Source of the DNA: an uncultured Candidatus Rokubacteria bacterium | Lineage (GTDB): Bacteria > Methylomirabilota > Methylomirabilia > Rokubacteriales > DASRDR01 | Assembly: GCA_963826115.1 (NCBI GenBank) | Contig: CAWGVS010000012.1 | Location: 64,001-128,000 of the forward strand | Direction of reading: 5' to 3' | Length of the DNA stretch: 64,000 nt | Shown here: positions 21,047-29,201 of the stretch, one piece after another | Layout of the letters: each line of letters starts with the position of its first letter | Numbering within the stretch: the stretch's first letter is position 1 | Notes under the pieces: model-generated | What the model saw: the letters and a program-made list of their open reading frames with translations, nothing else | What the model was told of the DNA's origin: nothing | Databases searched by the model: none | Position numbers and translations under genes: made by a program

Positions 21047-22021
21047 ATGGCCGAGCGGTTGCTCGAGATCAAGGGCCTGAAGACGCACTTCTTCACCGAA
21101 GAGGGCGTCGTCCGCGCGGTGGACGGGATCGACCTGCACATCGACAAGGGCGAGACGCTCGGCATCGTGGGCGAGTCCGGCTGCGGGAAGACGGTCACCG
21201 CCCTGTCGGTGATGAAGCTCATCGCCATGCCACCCGGGAAGATCGTCGAGGGCCAGATGCTCTACGGTGGCCGCGACCTGGTCACGCTGCCCCCGGCCCA
21301 GATGCGAAAGGTCCGCGGCAAAGAGATCTCGATGGTGTTCCAGGAGCCGATGACCTCGTTGAACCCCGTGTTCACGATCGGCGAGCAGATCGCCGAGGCG
21401 GTCCGGCTCCACGAGGGGCTGGGGCGGCGCGCGGCCATGGACAAGACCGTCGACATGCTCAGGCTCGTGCACATCCCGAACCCCGAGCGGCGGATCAAGG
21501 AGTATCCGCACCAGCTGTCGGGCGGCATGCGCCAGCGCGTCATGATCGCGATGGCGCTCTCGTGCAACCCGAAGCTCCTGATCGCCGACGAGCCGACCAC
21601 GGCCCTCGACGTCACCATCCAGGCCCAGATCCTCGAGCTCCTCAACGAGCTCAAGGCCAAGCTCGGCATGGCCGTCATGCTGATCACCCACGACATGGGC
21701 GTGATCGCGGAAACGGCCCAGCGGGTGATGGTCATGTACGCCGGGAAGGTGGTGGAGGAGGCGGCGGTCAAGGACCTCTTCAAGGAGCCGCTCCATCCGT
21801 ACACCCAGGGGCTGCTCCGATCGATCCCGCGCATCGACACCGCCGCGATCCAGAAGAAGCGGCTGGAGGCGATTCCCGGGGTCGTCCCGAGCCTCCTCCA
21901 TCTCCCGCCGGGGTGCCGGTTCGCTCCGCGGTGCCAGTTCGTGAAGCCGATGTACACGGAGAAGGAGCCCGTGCTCAAGGAAGTCAAACCGGGCCACAAG
22001 GTGGCGTGCTGGCTGTACTAG
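21047..22021 (+). CDS. oppD: oligopeptide/dipeptide ABC transporter ATPase (OppD/DppD)
   Basis: [39 protein letters not shown]-terminal GCRFAPRC. Confidence 0.93.
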   Translation: MAERLLEIKGLKTHFFTEEGVVRAVDGIDLHIDKGETLGIVGESGCGKTVTALSVMKLIAMPPGKIVEGQMLYGGRDLVTLPPAQMRKVRGKEISMVFQEPMTSLNPVFTIGEQIAEAVRLHEGLGRRAAMDKTVDMLRLVHIPNPERRIKEYPHQLSGGMRQRVMIAMALSCNPKLLIADEPTTALDVTIQAQILELLNELKAKLGMAVMLITHDMGVIAETAQRVMVMYAGKVVEEAAVKDLFKEPLHPYTQGLLRSIPRIDTAAIQKKRLEAIPGVVPSLLHLPPGCRFAPRCQFVKPMYTEKEPVLKEVKPGHKVACWLY

Positions 22022-22036
22022 CGGGGGAGACGACGA

Positions 22037-23014
22037 ATGGCCGAGCCGCTGCTCAGCGTCCGGAACCTGGTCAAGTACTTCCCGATCAAGGGCGGCCTCT
22101 TCTCGCGGGAGGTCGCGCGCGTCCACGCGGTCGACGGGGTCTCGTTCGACATCAACGCCGGCGAGACTCTCGGGCTGGTGGGTGAGTCCGGCTGCGGGAA
22201 GTCGACCACCGGCCGGTGCATCCTCCGTCTGATCGAGCCGACCTCGGGCGAGGTCTGGTTCGAGGGGAAGAACGTCACCACGATGGACAAGCGGTCGCTC
22301 CGGGCGCTCCGGCGCGACCTCCAGATCATCTTCCAGGACCCCTACGCGTCGCTGAACCCCCGGATGACCGTCGGGTCCATCGTGGGCGAGGCGCTCATCA
22401 TCCACAAGCTCGCCAAGACGCGGCGGGAGCGCGAGGAGAAGGTCGCGCACCTCCTGGAGACGGTCGGGCTCCACGCCGACCACATGCGCCGGTATCCCCA
22501 CGAGTTCTCGGGCGGCCAGCGGCAGCGGATCGGGATCGCCCGGGCGCTCGCGGTCAGCCCGAAGCTCATCGTCTGCGACGAGCCGGTCTCGGCGCTGGAC
22601 GTCTCGATCCAGGCGCAGGTCATCAACCTCCTCGAGGATCTTCAGAAGCAGTTCAACCTGACGTATCTCTTCATCGCCCACGACCTCTCCGTGGTGGAGC
22701 ACATCAGCACCCGGGTCGCGGTGATGTACCTCGGGAAGATCGTCGAGGTCGCGTCGGCGAAGGACCTCTACTCGAACCCGCGCCACCCGTACACGGAGGC
22801 GCTGCTCTCGGCCGTGCCGATCCCCGACCCCGAGGTCAAGCGCCAGCGGATCCTGCTCGAGGGTGACGTCCCGAGCCCGATCCGGCCGCCGGCCGGCTGT
22901 CACTTCCACACGCGCTGCCGGATCCGCCAGGTGCCGGGCCTCTGTCAGGACCAGGAGCCTCGGCTCAAGCAGGGCGCTTCGGGTCACCAGGTGTCCTGCC
23001 ACTTCCGGGACTAG
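22037..23014 (+). CDS. oppF: oligopeptide/dipeptide ABC transporter ATPase (OppF/DppF)
   Basis: [47 protein letters not shown]. Confidence 0.93.
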   Translation: MAEPLLSVRNLVKYFPIKGGLFSREVARVHAVDGVSFDINAGETLGLVGESGCGKSTTGRCILRLIEPTSGEVWFEGKNVTTMDKRSLRALRRDLQIIFQDPYASLNPRMTVGSIVGEALIIHKLAKTRREREEKVAHLLETVGLHADHMRRYPHEFSGGQRQRIGIARALAVSPKLIVCDEPVSALDVSIQAQVINLLEDLQKQFNLTYLFIAHDLSVVEHISTRVAVMYLGKIVEVASAKDLYSNPRHPYTEALLSAVPIPDPEVKRQRILLEGDVPSPIRPPAGCHFHTRCRIRQVPGLCQDQEPRLKQGASGHQVSCHFRD

Positions 23015-23733
23015 CCCCGGCCCCCTCCGCCCGGCGCCGCGTCCCGGCCGAGGGCCGGCGCCGCGGTTTCCGGCCCGCCACGACGCCGGACGCGGGGCAC
23101 GAGCGCCCCGGTCCGCGCAACGTAGTCCGCGTAGCCTGACAGCCCCGTCAGGAGCACCCGCTCTTCCTGGACGATCCGCCGCCGGTACGCGAGGCCAAGG
23201 ACCAGCGTCCCGAGGGCGGCGGCGACCCAGGCGCGCAGGAGGAGCGCGCTCCCCGCGAAAGCGAGGAGCGCGCCGACGTAGCTCGGGTGGCGGATCACGC
23301 GATACGGCCCCTCCTCGACCACGCGCTGCGCGGGCGCGACGCCGACCTCGAGCGTGAACCAGCGGCCGAGCGTGACGATGGCCCAGGTGCGAAGCGCGAG
23401 GCCGGCGACCATGGCCAGGAGCCCCGTCGCCCCGACCGCGTCGAGGGGGAGCGCCGCGGGCCGGCGCAGGACGAGCTCGACCAGGGCCGCGGCCTGGGTC
23501 GCGTAGACGGCGAGCAGGATGGGAAGGAACGTCCCGCCGTCCACGGACGCCCGCGCGGTGGCGTGGAGCCGGTAGGACGGCTGGAGCACGTTCGCCAGGA
23601 CGCCGAAGGCGACGACGGCCCAGAGCGCGGGCCGCCCGAGCGCCTCCGGCCACCACCACAGGATGGGACCCCCGACGGCGCCCCACAAGAGGAAGGCCTG
23701 TCCGACCCGCCACGCGATCGCCTTCGCCGTCAT
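23011..23733 (-). CDS. isoprenylcysteine carboxyl methyltransferase (ICMT/PEMT) family membrane methyltransferase
   Basis: Multi-TM; [44 protein letters not shown]. Start overlaps the GH3 stop (ATGA). Confidence 0.85.
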   Translation of the reverse strand: MTAKAIAWRVGQAFLLWGAVGGPILWWWPEALGRPALWAVVAFGVLANVLQPSYRLHATARASVDGGTFLPILLAVYATQAAALVELVLRRPAALPLDAVGATGLLAMVAGLALRTWAIVTLGRWFTLEVGVAPAQRVVEEGPYRVIRHPSYVGALLAFAGSALLLRAWVAAALGTLVLGLAYRRRIVQEERVLLTGLSGYADYVARTGALVPRVRRRGGPETAAPALGRDAAPGGGGRG

Positions 23734-25424
23734 TCCGTCTTCTCCTTCCAGGTCCGGAGCACCTCGCGGCGGCTCGCCTCGTCCCACTCGGGCGCGAGCG
23801 CCCGCCACTTGTGCTGCCCCTCGCGCCGACCGCGCGCGAACTCGGCCCGGCACTGCCGCTCGGCCCAGCCCTCGCGCATCACGGAGAGGCGGAGCGCGCC
23901 CAGCCGGCGGGACCGCCGCTTCGCCGCGTACTCGACGTTGACGTGGCCCAGCGCCTCGTCGACCGCTCGCGCGAACGCCTCCACGCCGATGTCGTCGAGT
24001 CCGGCCCCGCGCGGCTCGACGAGGAGGTCGTAGCGGCACGCGTCGACGTCGGGAATCATCCGGAGCTGCCAGAGCTCGACGCCGGTCGCGGCCTCGGCCG
24101 CCCGGACCGCCGTCTGCACGTGATTCAGATGGAGCTTCTCGCCGGTGAGGCTCGTCATGTCGCGGCCCTTCCGGACGAAGGCCAGGAGGGGCGTCCGGCG
24201 GTGGAAGCCCCGGACCTCGACGACGTCGTTCAGGTCATAGCGATAGAGCCCGCCGTCCGTGGTGAGCATCACACCGTAGCGGCGGCCCAACTCCAGCTCG
24301 TGCGCGAGGACGATCGGCGGATCGGCCCGGTCCATCGCCTCCTCCGGGACGAACTCGTAGAAGGCCGACTCGACGGCCAGGACGCCGGCCGCCGTGCCGT
24401 CGGCGAGCGGCACGGTCACGCGCCCCTCGCTCGCGACCAGCCCGAGGTCGCGCCGCGGCGCGGGGCCGTAGTCGGCGTCGAGCCGCTCCGCGTGGCGCCC
24501 CGCGTGTCCCCCGAGCCAGCAGCCGACGAGGGCGAGGTCGGGCCAGGCGTCCCCGAGATGGAGCGCTCCGCGCGCGCGGGCCGCCGCGGTCAGGGCGCGC
24601 GCCCGGACGGGATCGGCGCGCAACGCGGCGCCGAGCGCCCGGCGGACAGCCCGGGTGTCCCACCCCGGCTCCGCGTGGACGGTGGGCCACGGGATCCCGA
24701 GCGTGCCGTCGTGGATCGCGCGGAGGAGCGTGTCGGTCTGCTCCCGCGCGAGCGCCGCGAGCCGGAGGAGCGTCGTCGGGTTCGGCGTCCCGATCGTGGA
24801 GACGGATCGCGCGAGAGCCAGGCGCAGGAGGACGAAGGCGCGCGCGTCATGGTCGACGATCAGGTGCGCGGCGTAGGGCGCGGCCTGACCTCGCCGGGCC
24901 AGGAACGGCAACCGCCGCTGGAGCAGACCGGACATCGCGCCGAACGGCACTCCCCCGGGTGTCGCCCCCTCGACCGCTGGGCTCACGACCGTCAGGAGCG
25001 CGCCGTCGAGCAACGCCGGGTGGTCCCGGGCCGCCCAGGCCAGCCAGAGGCGGACGAGGGCCGCCATGCGGGCGAGCCCGGAGGCGGTCACCGGCACCAG
25101 CTTGGGCTCGGCCGTGGTCCCGCTGGTCGTCGCGAAGGCGACCACCGGCTCGGCGGTGAGCACCGCCGGCTCGCCGGCCACGATGCGGCCGACGTACGGT
25201 CGGACACCCTCGTAGTCCCGCACCGGGACGGCGTGGCGGTAGGCGGCCGCGTCCGGAATCGCGGCGAAGCCGTGCTCCCGCCCGAAGGCGGTGCCCGCGT
25301 TCCGCGCGAGGAGCGCCCGCAGCACCTTCGCCTGGGCCTCCGCCGGCCGCGCGGTCGCCCGCTCGAAGTGGGTGGCGTGCGGCCAGGTCGCCGCGCGGAG
25401 CCCGGCCGCCAGGAGCGCGCCCAT
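23730..25424 (-). CDS. GH3-family acyl-adenylate/amido synthetase
   Basis: NAGTAFGREHGF, VPVRDYE, TTSGTTAEPK (motif I), LVASEG (motif II), GLYRYDLNDVV (motif III), GEKL. Confidence 0.88.
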   Translation of the reverse strand: MGALLAAGLRAATWPHATHFERATARPAEAQAKVLRALLARNAGTAFGREHGFAAIPDAAAYRHAVPVRDYEGVRPYVGRIVAGEPAVLTAEPVVAFATTSGTTAEPKLVPVTASGLARMAALVRLWLAWAARDHPALLDGALLTVVSPAVEGATPGGVPFGAMSGLLQRRLPFLARRGQAAPYAAHLIVDHDARAFVLLRLALARSVSTIGTPNPTTLLRLAALAREQTDTLLRAIHDGTLGIPWPTVHAEPGWDTRAVRRALGAALRADPVRARALTAAARARGALHLGDAWPDLALVGCWLGGHAGRHAERLDADYGPAPRRDLGLVASEGRVTVPLADGTAAGVLAVESAFYEFVPEEAMDRADPPIVLAHELELGRRYGVMLTTDGGLYRYDLNDVVEVRGFHRRTPLLAFVRKGRDMTSLTGEKLHLNHVQTAVRAAEAATGVELWQLRMIPDVDACRYDLLVEPRGAGLDDIGVEAFARAVDEALGHVNVEYAAKRRSRRLGALRLSVMREGWAERQCRAEFARGRREGQHKWRALAPEWDEASRREVLRTWKEKTE

Positions 25425-26566
25425 CAGGCCGCCAGCTCGACCACGGCCCGGGCGTGGCGCCGCAGCCGATCGACGCGCACCCTGACGCCCCAGCCCGGCC
25501 CCGAGAGGAGCGGGGCCTCGCCCCCATGTCCGAACCGGAGCCCGTCGTCCGTCACGTCCTCGACGAGCAAGAGCGTGCCGTACGACCCTTCCACGAAGAC
25601 AACGCGCTCGAGTCCGGCCGCCAGGTGCCGGCCGGCGGCCGCGAGGATCGCGGTCTCGCCGACGTGGCTGCCGACCTGGACCTCGAGCCCGGCCGCCGCG
25701 GCGCGCCGCGCGATCGCCACCGAGCGCGCGAAGCCGCCGCACTTCGAGACGCGCACGTTGATCGCGTCGACGGCGCCGGTCGCGATGAGAGCGTCCACGT
25801 CGGCCAGCGTCACCGCGGATTCGTCCGCCACCAGCGGCAGCGGGCTGTCCACGCGCACGCGCGCCATGGTCTCCGGGCAGCCGGGGGCGATCGGCTGCTC
25901 GACGCTCGCCACGCCGCACCGGGCCAGCGCGTCGAGCGCCGGACGCGCCTCGGCCGGGCTCCAGGCGCCGTTGGCGTCCACCCGGATCGTCGCGTCGGGT
26001 CCCAGGGCCGCGCGGACCGCGCGGACCCGGGCCACATCGTCGCCGATCCCGACCTTGACCTTCACCTGTCGGAGTCCCGCCAGCCGGGCCCAGCGAGCCT
26101 GGCGCGCCGCCTCGGCGGGCGTCCCGGCGCTGATCGCGCCGCCGTAGACGACGGCGCGCCGGCGAGGCGGCAGGAGGACGCTCGCGGAGCGACGACGGCG
26201 CCGAAGGGCCCAGTCGACGATGGCCAGCTCGAGCGCGGCGCGCGCCGCGTGGTGACGACCCGCGGCCGGCGCGCTGTCGGGCACGAGGCCCGGGACGACC
26301 TCGAGGGCCTCGGGGCTCTCGAGGTCGGGCGCCGCGAGCCCGGCGACCGCGGGCCAGAGGACCCGGGCGAGGTGCGCCACGACGTCCTCGGGCGTCTCCC
26401 CCGTCACGTACGGCCGCGGCGCCGCCTCGCCGAAGCCCTCGACCCCGTCCGCGTCCTGGACGCGGACGACGACCGAGTCGCTCCAGGCCCGCCCGGCGAG
26501 ACTGTGGCGGACCGTCGTGAGAAACGGGATGCGGAGCCGGTACACCGTGGCGCTCACGAGCCGCAT
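25424..26566 (-). CDS. enolase-superfamily enzyme (MLE / dipeptide epimerase subgroup)
   Basis: GFGEAAPRPYVTGET, KVK, metal ligands DANG/EQP/ADES, NVRVSKCGG, GSHVGET, PGWG. Confidence 0.87.
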   Translation of the reverse strand: MRLVSATVYRLRIPFLTTVRHSLAGRAWSDSVVVRVQDADGVEGFGEAAPRPYVTGETPEDVVAHLARVLWPAVAGLAAPDLESPEALEVVPGLVPDSAPAAGRHHAARAALELAIVDWALRRRRRSASVLLPPRRRAVVYGGAISAGTPAEAARQARWARLAGLRQVKVKVGIGDDVARVRAVRAALGPDATIRVDANGAWSPAEARPALDALARCGVASVEQPIAPGCPETMARVRVDSPLPLVADESAVTLADVDALIATGAVDAINVRVSKCGGFARSVAIARRAAAAGLEVQVGSHVGETAILAAAGRHLAAGLERVVFVEGSYGTLLLVEDVTDDGLRFGHGGEAPLLSGPGWGVRVRVDRLRRHARAVVELAA

Positions 26567-27249
26567 GGCGCGCCCTCCCCTTCCGTCAGCGCGAGCGTCT
26601 CCTCCCGGAAGTACCGCCGGAGGAACACGTTCTCGCGGAGCGTCATCTCGACGATCGCGAGCCCGTCCTCGTCGGCGAGCCCGTAGTAGCGGGCATAGGT
26701 CTCGAGGTCCTCGAGACCCTCGGCGGCGTGCTGGACGTCGACGTCGGCGTGCTCGGTCCACCAGCGGAGCGTCGTCGGGCCGAGCCCGCGGTGGGCCGCC
26801 AGGAAGGCGGCGACAGGGCCGGCCAGCCGCGCCAGCATGTACTCGAACGCCACCACCTCGCAGAAGGCCGCGAGCCCGACCTCGCCCAGGGTCCGGTAGA
26901 GCACGGGCTCGACGACGACGCGGCGGATGTCGTCGGCGGCCTGCGCCTCCAGCTCGGGGAGTCGCGGGCCCAGCCCCGCCCCGACGGCGAGCTGCCGGAG
27001 GAGTCCCGGGTGATGGAGCTCCTCCAGGAGGTTGCGGAGCCGGCTCTCGCTGGATGCCGGCGCCGCCACCGCGCAGAGGAAGGCCACATACTCGGTCGCC
27101 TTGAGGTGCGTCCGCACGACGTCGGCGACGAACCGGTCGTAGTAGCGGGGCGCCGCGGCGCCCGTCTCGAGCGCGCGGAACGGGCGCGACGCGGCCAGCT
27201 CCGCCACCTGAGTCTCCAGAATCGCCTCGATGCGGTCACGCAGGCTCAT
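26554..27249 (-). CDS. heme-oxygenase-like diiron oxidase (HDO; CADD/PqqC/TenA fold)
   Basis: Helical 231 aa with NLLEELHH, EVVAFE and WWTEHADVDVQH (HxxxDxxH), matching the CADD-type diiron ligand pattern. Confidence 0.72.
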   Translation of the reverse strand: MSLRDRIEAILETQVAELAASRPFRALETGAAAPRYYDRFVADVVRTHLKATEYVAFLCAVAAPASSESRLRNLLEELHHPGLLRQLAVGAGLGPRLPELEAQAADDIRRVVVEPVLYRTLGEVGLAAFCEVVAFEYMLARLAGPVAAFLAAHRGLGPTTLRWWTEHADVDVQHAAEGLEDLETYARYYGLADEDGLAIVEMTLRENVFLRRYFREETLALTEGEGAPCGS

Positions 27250-27261
27250 GCCGGTCCCTCC

Positions 27262-27849
27262 TCACGCGATGGCGAAGATGCGGTACGCGAGCCAGCCGAG
27301 CGCCGCGCCCGCCGGCAGGTCGACGATGTAGTGCTGCTTGGTGAAGAGGCACGAGAGCGCGATCAGCGCGGGGAACGCGAAGGCCCACGCGCCGAGGTGG
27401 GGCTGGAGGTAGAGCGCGGTCAAGGTCGCGACCGAGGTGTGCATGCTCGGGAAGCTGTTGGAGCGGGCGTCGATCCGCTGGACGAAGGCCAGGAACCGCT
27501 CCGACCACGTCCGGCCGCCGTTGAGCGTCCGCCACGCCTCGGGGGTCGCGACGGGGAACACGATGAAGCACGCCATCTGCATGGCCAGAAGCCCGAGAAA
27601 GCTGAGCGCGAGGTACACGAAGTCGCGGGACGACTCGAGCACCCAGTTCGTGTACAGGACGCCCGGCCAGTAGAAGAAGCCGTAGATCCAGGCCCACGCC
27701 GGCCAGAAGGGGATGCGGTCGTCGAGCGGAAGCCGGAGCTCCCGCACGGGCCGCAGCGGGTTCCGCTGGCACCAGAAGTAGAACTGGTACCCGCCGACGA
27801 TCAGGATCGTCCCCAGGAGGAGGTGCACGGCGAAGTCCGTCATGGTCAT
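27262..27849 (-). CDS. PAP2-superfamily membrane phosphotransferase/phosphatase (AUR1/IPC-synthase-like)
   Basis: LDDRIPF, FIVFPV, NSFPSMH (C2), KQHYIVD (C3), several TMs; GGAGG RBS. Confidence 0.85.
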   Translation of the reverse strand: MTMTDFAVHLLLGTILIVGGYQFYFWCQRNPLRPVRELRLPLDDRIPFWPAWAWIYGFFYWPGVLYTNWVLESSRDFVYLALSFLGLLAMQMACFIVFPVATPEAWRTLNGGRTWSERFLAFVQRIDARSNSFPSMHTSVATLTALYLQPHLGAWAFAFPALIALSCLFTKQHYIVDLPAGAALGWLAYRIFAIA

Positions 27850-27861
27850 CTCGGTCCTCCC

Positions 27862-29013
27862 TCACTGCGATCGGCGCGGCTCGGGGTGACGGTGCGCGAG
27901 GCCCGACGCGTCCTGGGCAAGGGCCCGGCCCAGGAGCAGGAACCCCGCGAAGGCGGTCAGATAGGTCGTCGAGAAGCGCCAGAGCAGGTTGTAGTAGGGC
28001 GCGATCGTGGCGGGCACGATGTCGGCCATGATCGAGAGCGAGGCGCTCTCGGCGATGCCGGCGCCCCCGGGCGTCGGCGCGAAGAAGACCAGGAAGATGA
28101 GCGCCATCTGGGCCTCGACGATCTGCCGCACGGTCCCGCCCTCGACCCCGAGGAAGCGGGCGCAGAGGTACGGCGTCAGCGCCCGAGCGAGAAGGAAGAC
28201 CACGCTGAGGAGGCAAACCGCCACGAGGGAGGCCCGGCCATGCCGGAGGAACCGCCGGACGTCGTCGCGGTAGGCGTAGAGGAGGTCCACCAGGCGCGCC
28301 GTCCGCGCGTCCATCCGGTCGACCGCCGGCGAGAGCGCGGGCGCGCCGGGCGGGCGCCAGTCGCGGAGGGCCGCGGGCCGCCCCACGAGCCGCCAGACCG
28401 CGCGCGACAGCGCGGCCAGCACGCGGCGGCAGAGATCCGGCCACGTCGCCCCGACGAGGAGCATCGCGGCGATGGCGGTGAGCGCCCAGACCGGCGCGAG
28501 GAAGAGGAGGCCGCTCGCGGCGATCCCGGAGATGAGGAGCGAGTAGAGCCCCAGCAGGAGGAGCCCGATCAGCGTGCCCATGAAGGACAGGAGCGTCGCC
28601 GTGAGGCCGGTCCCGACGGGGACGCCCCCGCCCCGCTTCAGCATGTAGATCTGCCCGGGGCCGCCCCCGGACTGCGACGGCGTCAGGAGGGCGACGGCGA
28701 CGTTCGCGAACTCGGACTGGAGGCACACCCAGAACGACACGCCGGGATGGAGGACGCGGCAGATGAGCCAGACGCGCGCAGCCGACGCGAGGCTCTCGAT
28801 CGGCAGGACGAGGAGCAGCGGGAGGAAGTAGCGCCAGTGGAGGTCGGCGAGCCGCGGCGCGGGGACGCCCGACGCGCGTCCGAACAGCCAGCCGAACACT
28901 CCCACGGTCAGGCCCAGGAAGGCGAGCCCGCCCAGGAGGAGCCGGCCTCGCGACATCGCCGGCATGGTCGACATCTCTCGCTGGTCCATGACCGCCACCC
29001 CAGTCGTGCTCAT
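27862..29013 (-). CDS. lysylphosphatidylglycerol-synthase TM / flippase-like domain protein
   Basis: Multi-TM; TPSQSGGGP, PTPGGAGIAE, LLWRFSTTY. Confidence 0.82.
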   Translation of the reverse strand: MSTTGVAVMDQREMSTMPAMSRGRLLLGGLAFLGLTVGVFGWLFGRASGVPAPRLADLHWRYFLPLLLVLPIESLASAARVWLICRVLHPGVSFWVCLQSEFANVAVALLTPSQSGGGPGQIYMLKRGGGVPVGTGLTATLLSFMGTLIGLLLLGLYSLLISGIAASGLLFLAPVWALTAIAAMLLVGATWPDLCRRVLAALSRAVWRLVGRPAALRDWRPPGAPALSPAVDRMDARTARLVDLLYAYRDDVRRFLRHGRASLVAVCLLSVVFLLARALTPYLCARFLGVEGGTVRQIVEAQMALIFLVFFAPTPGGAGIAESASLSIMADIVPATIAPYYNLLWRFSTTYLTAFAGFLLLGRALAQDASGLAHRHPEPRRSQ

Positions 29014-29060
29014 CGCCCCTCCCTTGCGCCGGCTGTGCCGTCACGCATGCACCCAGGTGG

Positions 29061-29076
29061 GGCAATCGGGGTGCCA
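29061..29076 (-). promoter_or_regulatory. sigma54 (RpoN) -24/-12 promoter of the 29013-23011 operon
   Basis: Minus strand TGGCAC-CCCGA-TTGCC matches the TGGCAC-N5-TTGC consensus; 47 nt upstream of ATG 29013; divergent from a sigma54 activator gene. Confidence 0.85.
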
Positions 29077-29094
29077 TGACAAAAGTGTCAACTA

Positions 29095-29107
29095 TAACAA
29101 GGCGTTA
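29095..29107 (+). promoter_or_regulatory. IHF-like site
   Basis: TAACAAGGCGTTA, one mismatch to WATCARNNNNTTR, about 19 nt upstream of the -24 box. Confidence 0.4.
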
Positions 29108-29201
29108 CGGTCGTGGTCCACGATCACCCACTGACTCCACCGGGTGTGGCGGCGGCAATGGTGGGTGAAACTTCGCCACCCCCGGAGTAGGATGGGCCCC
29201 C

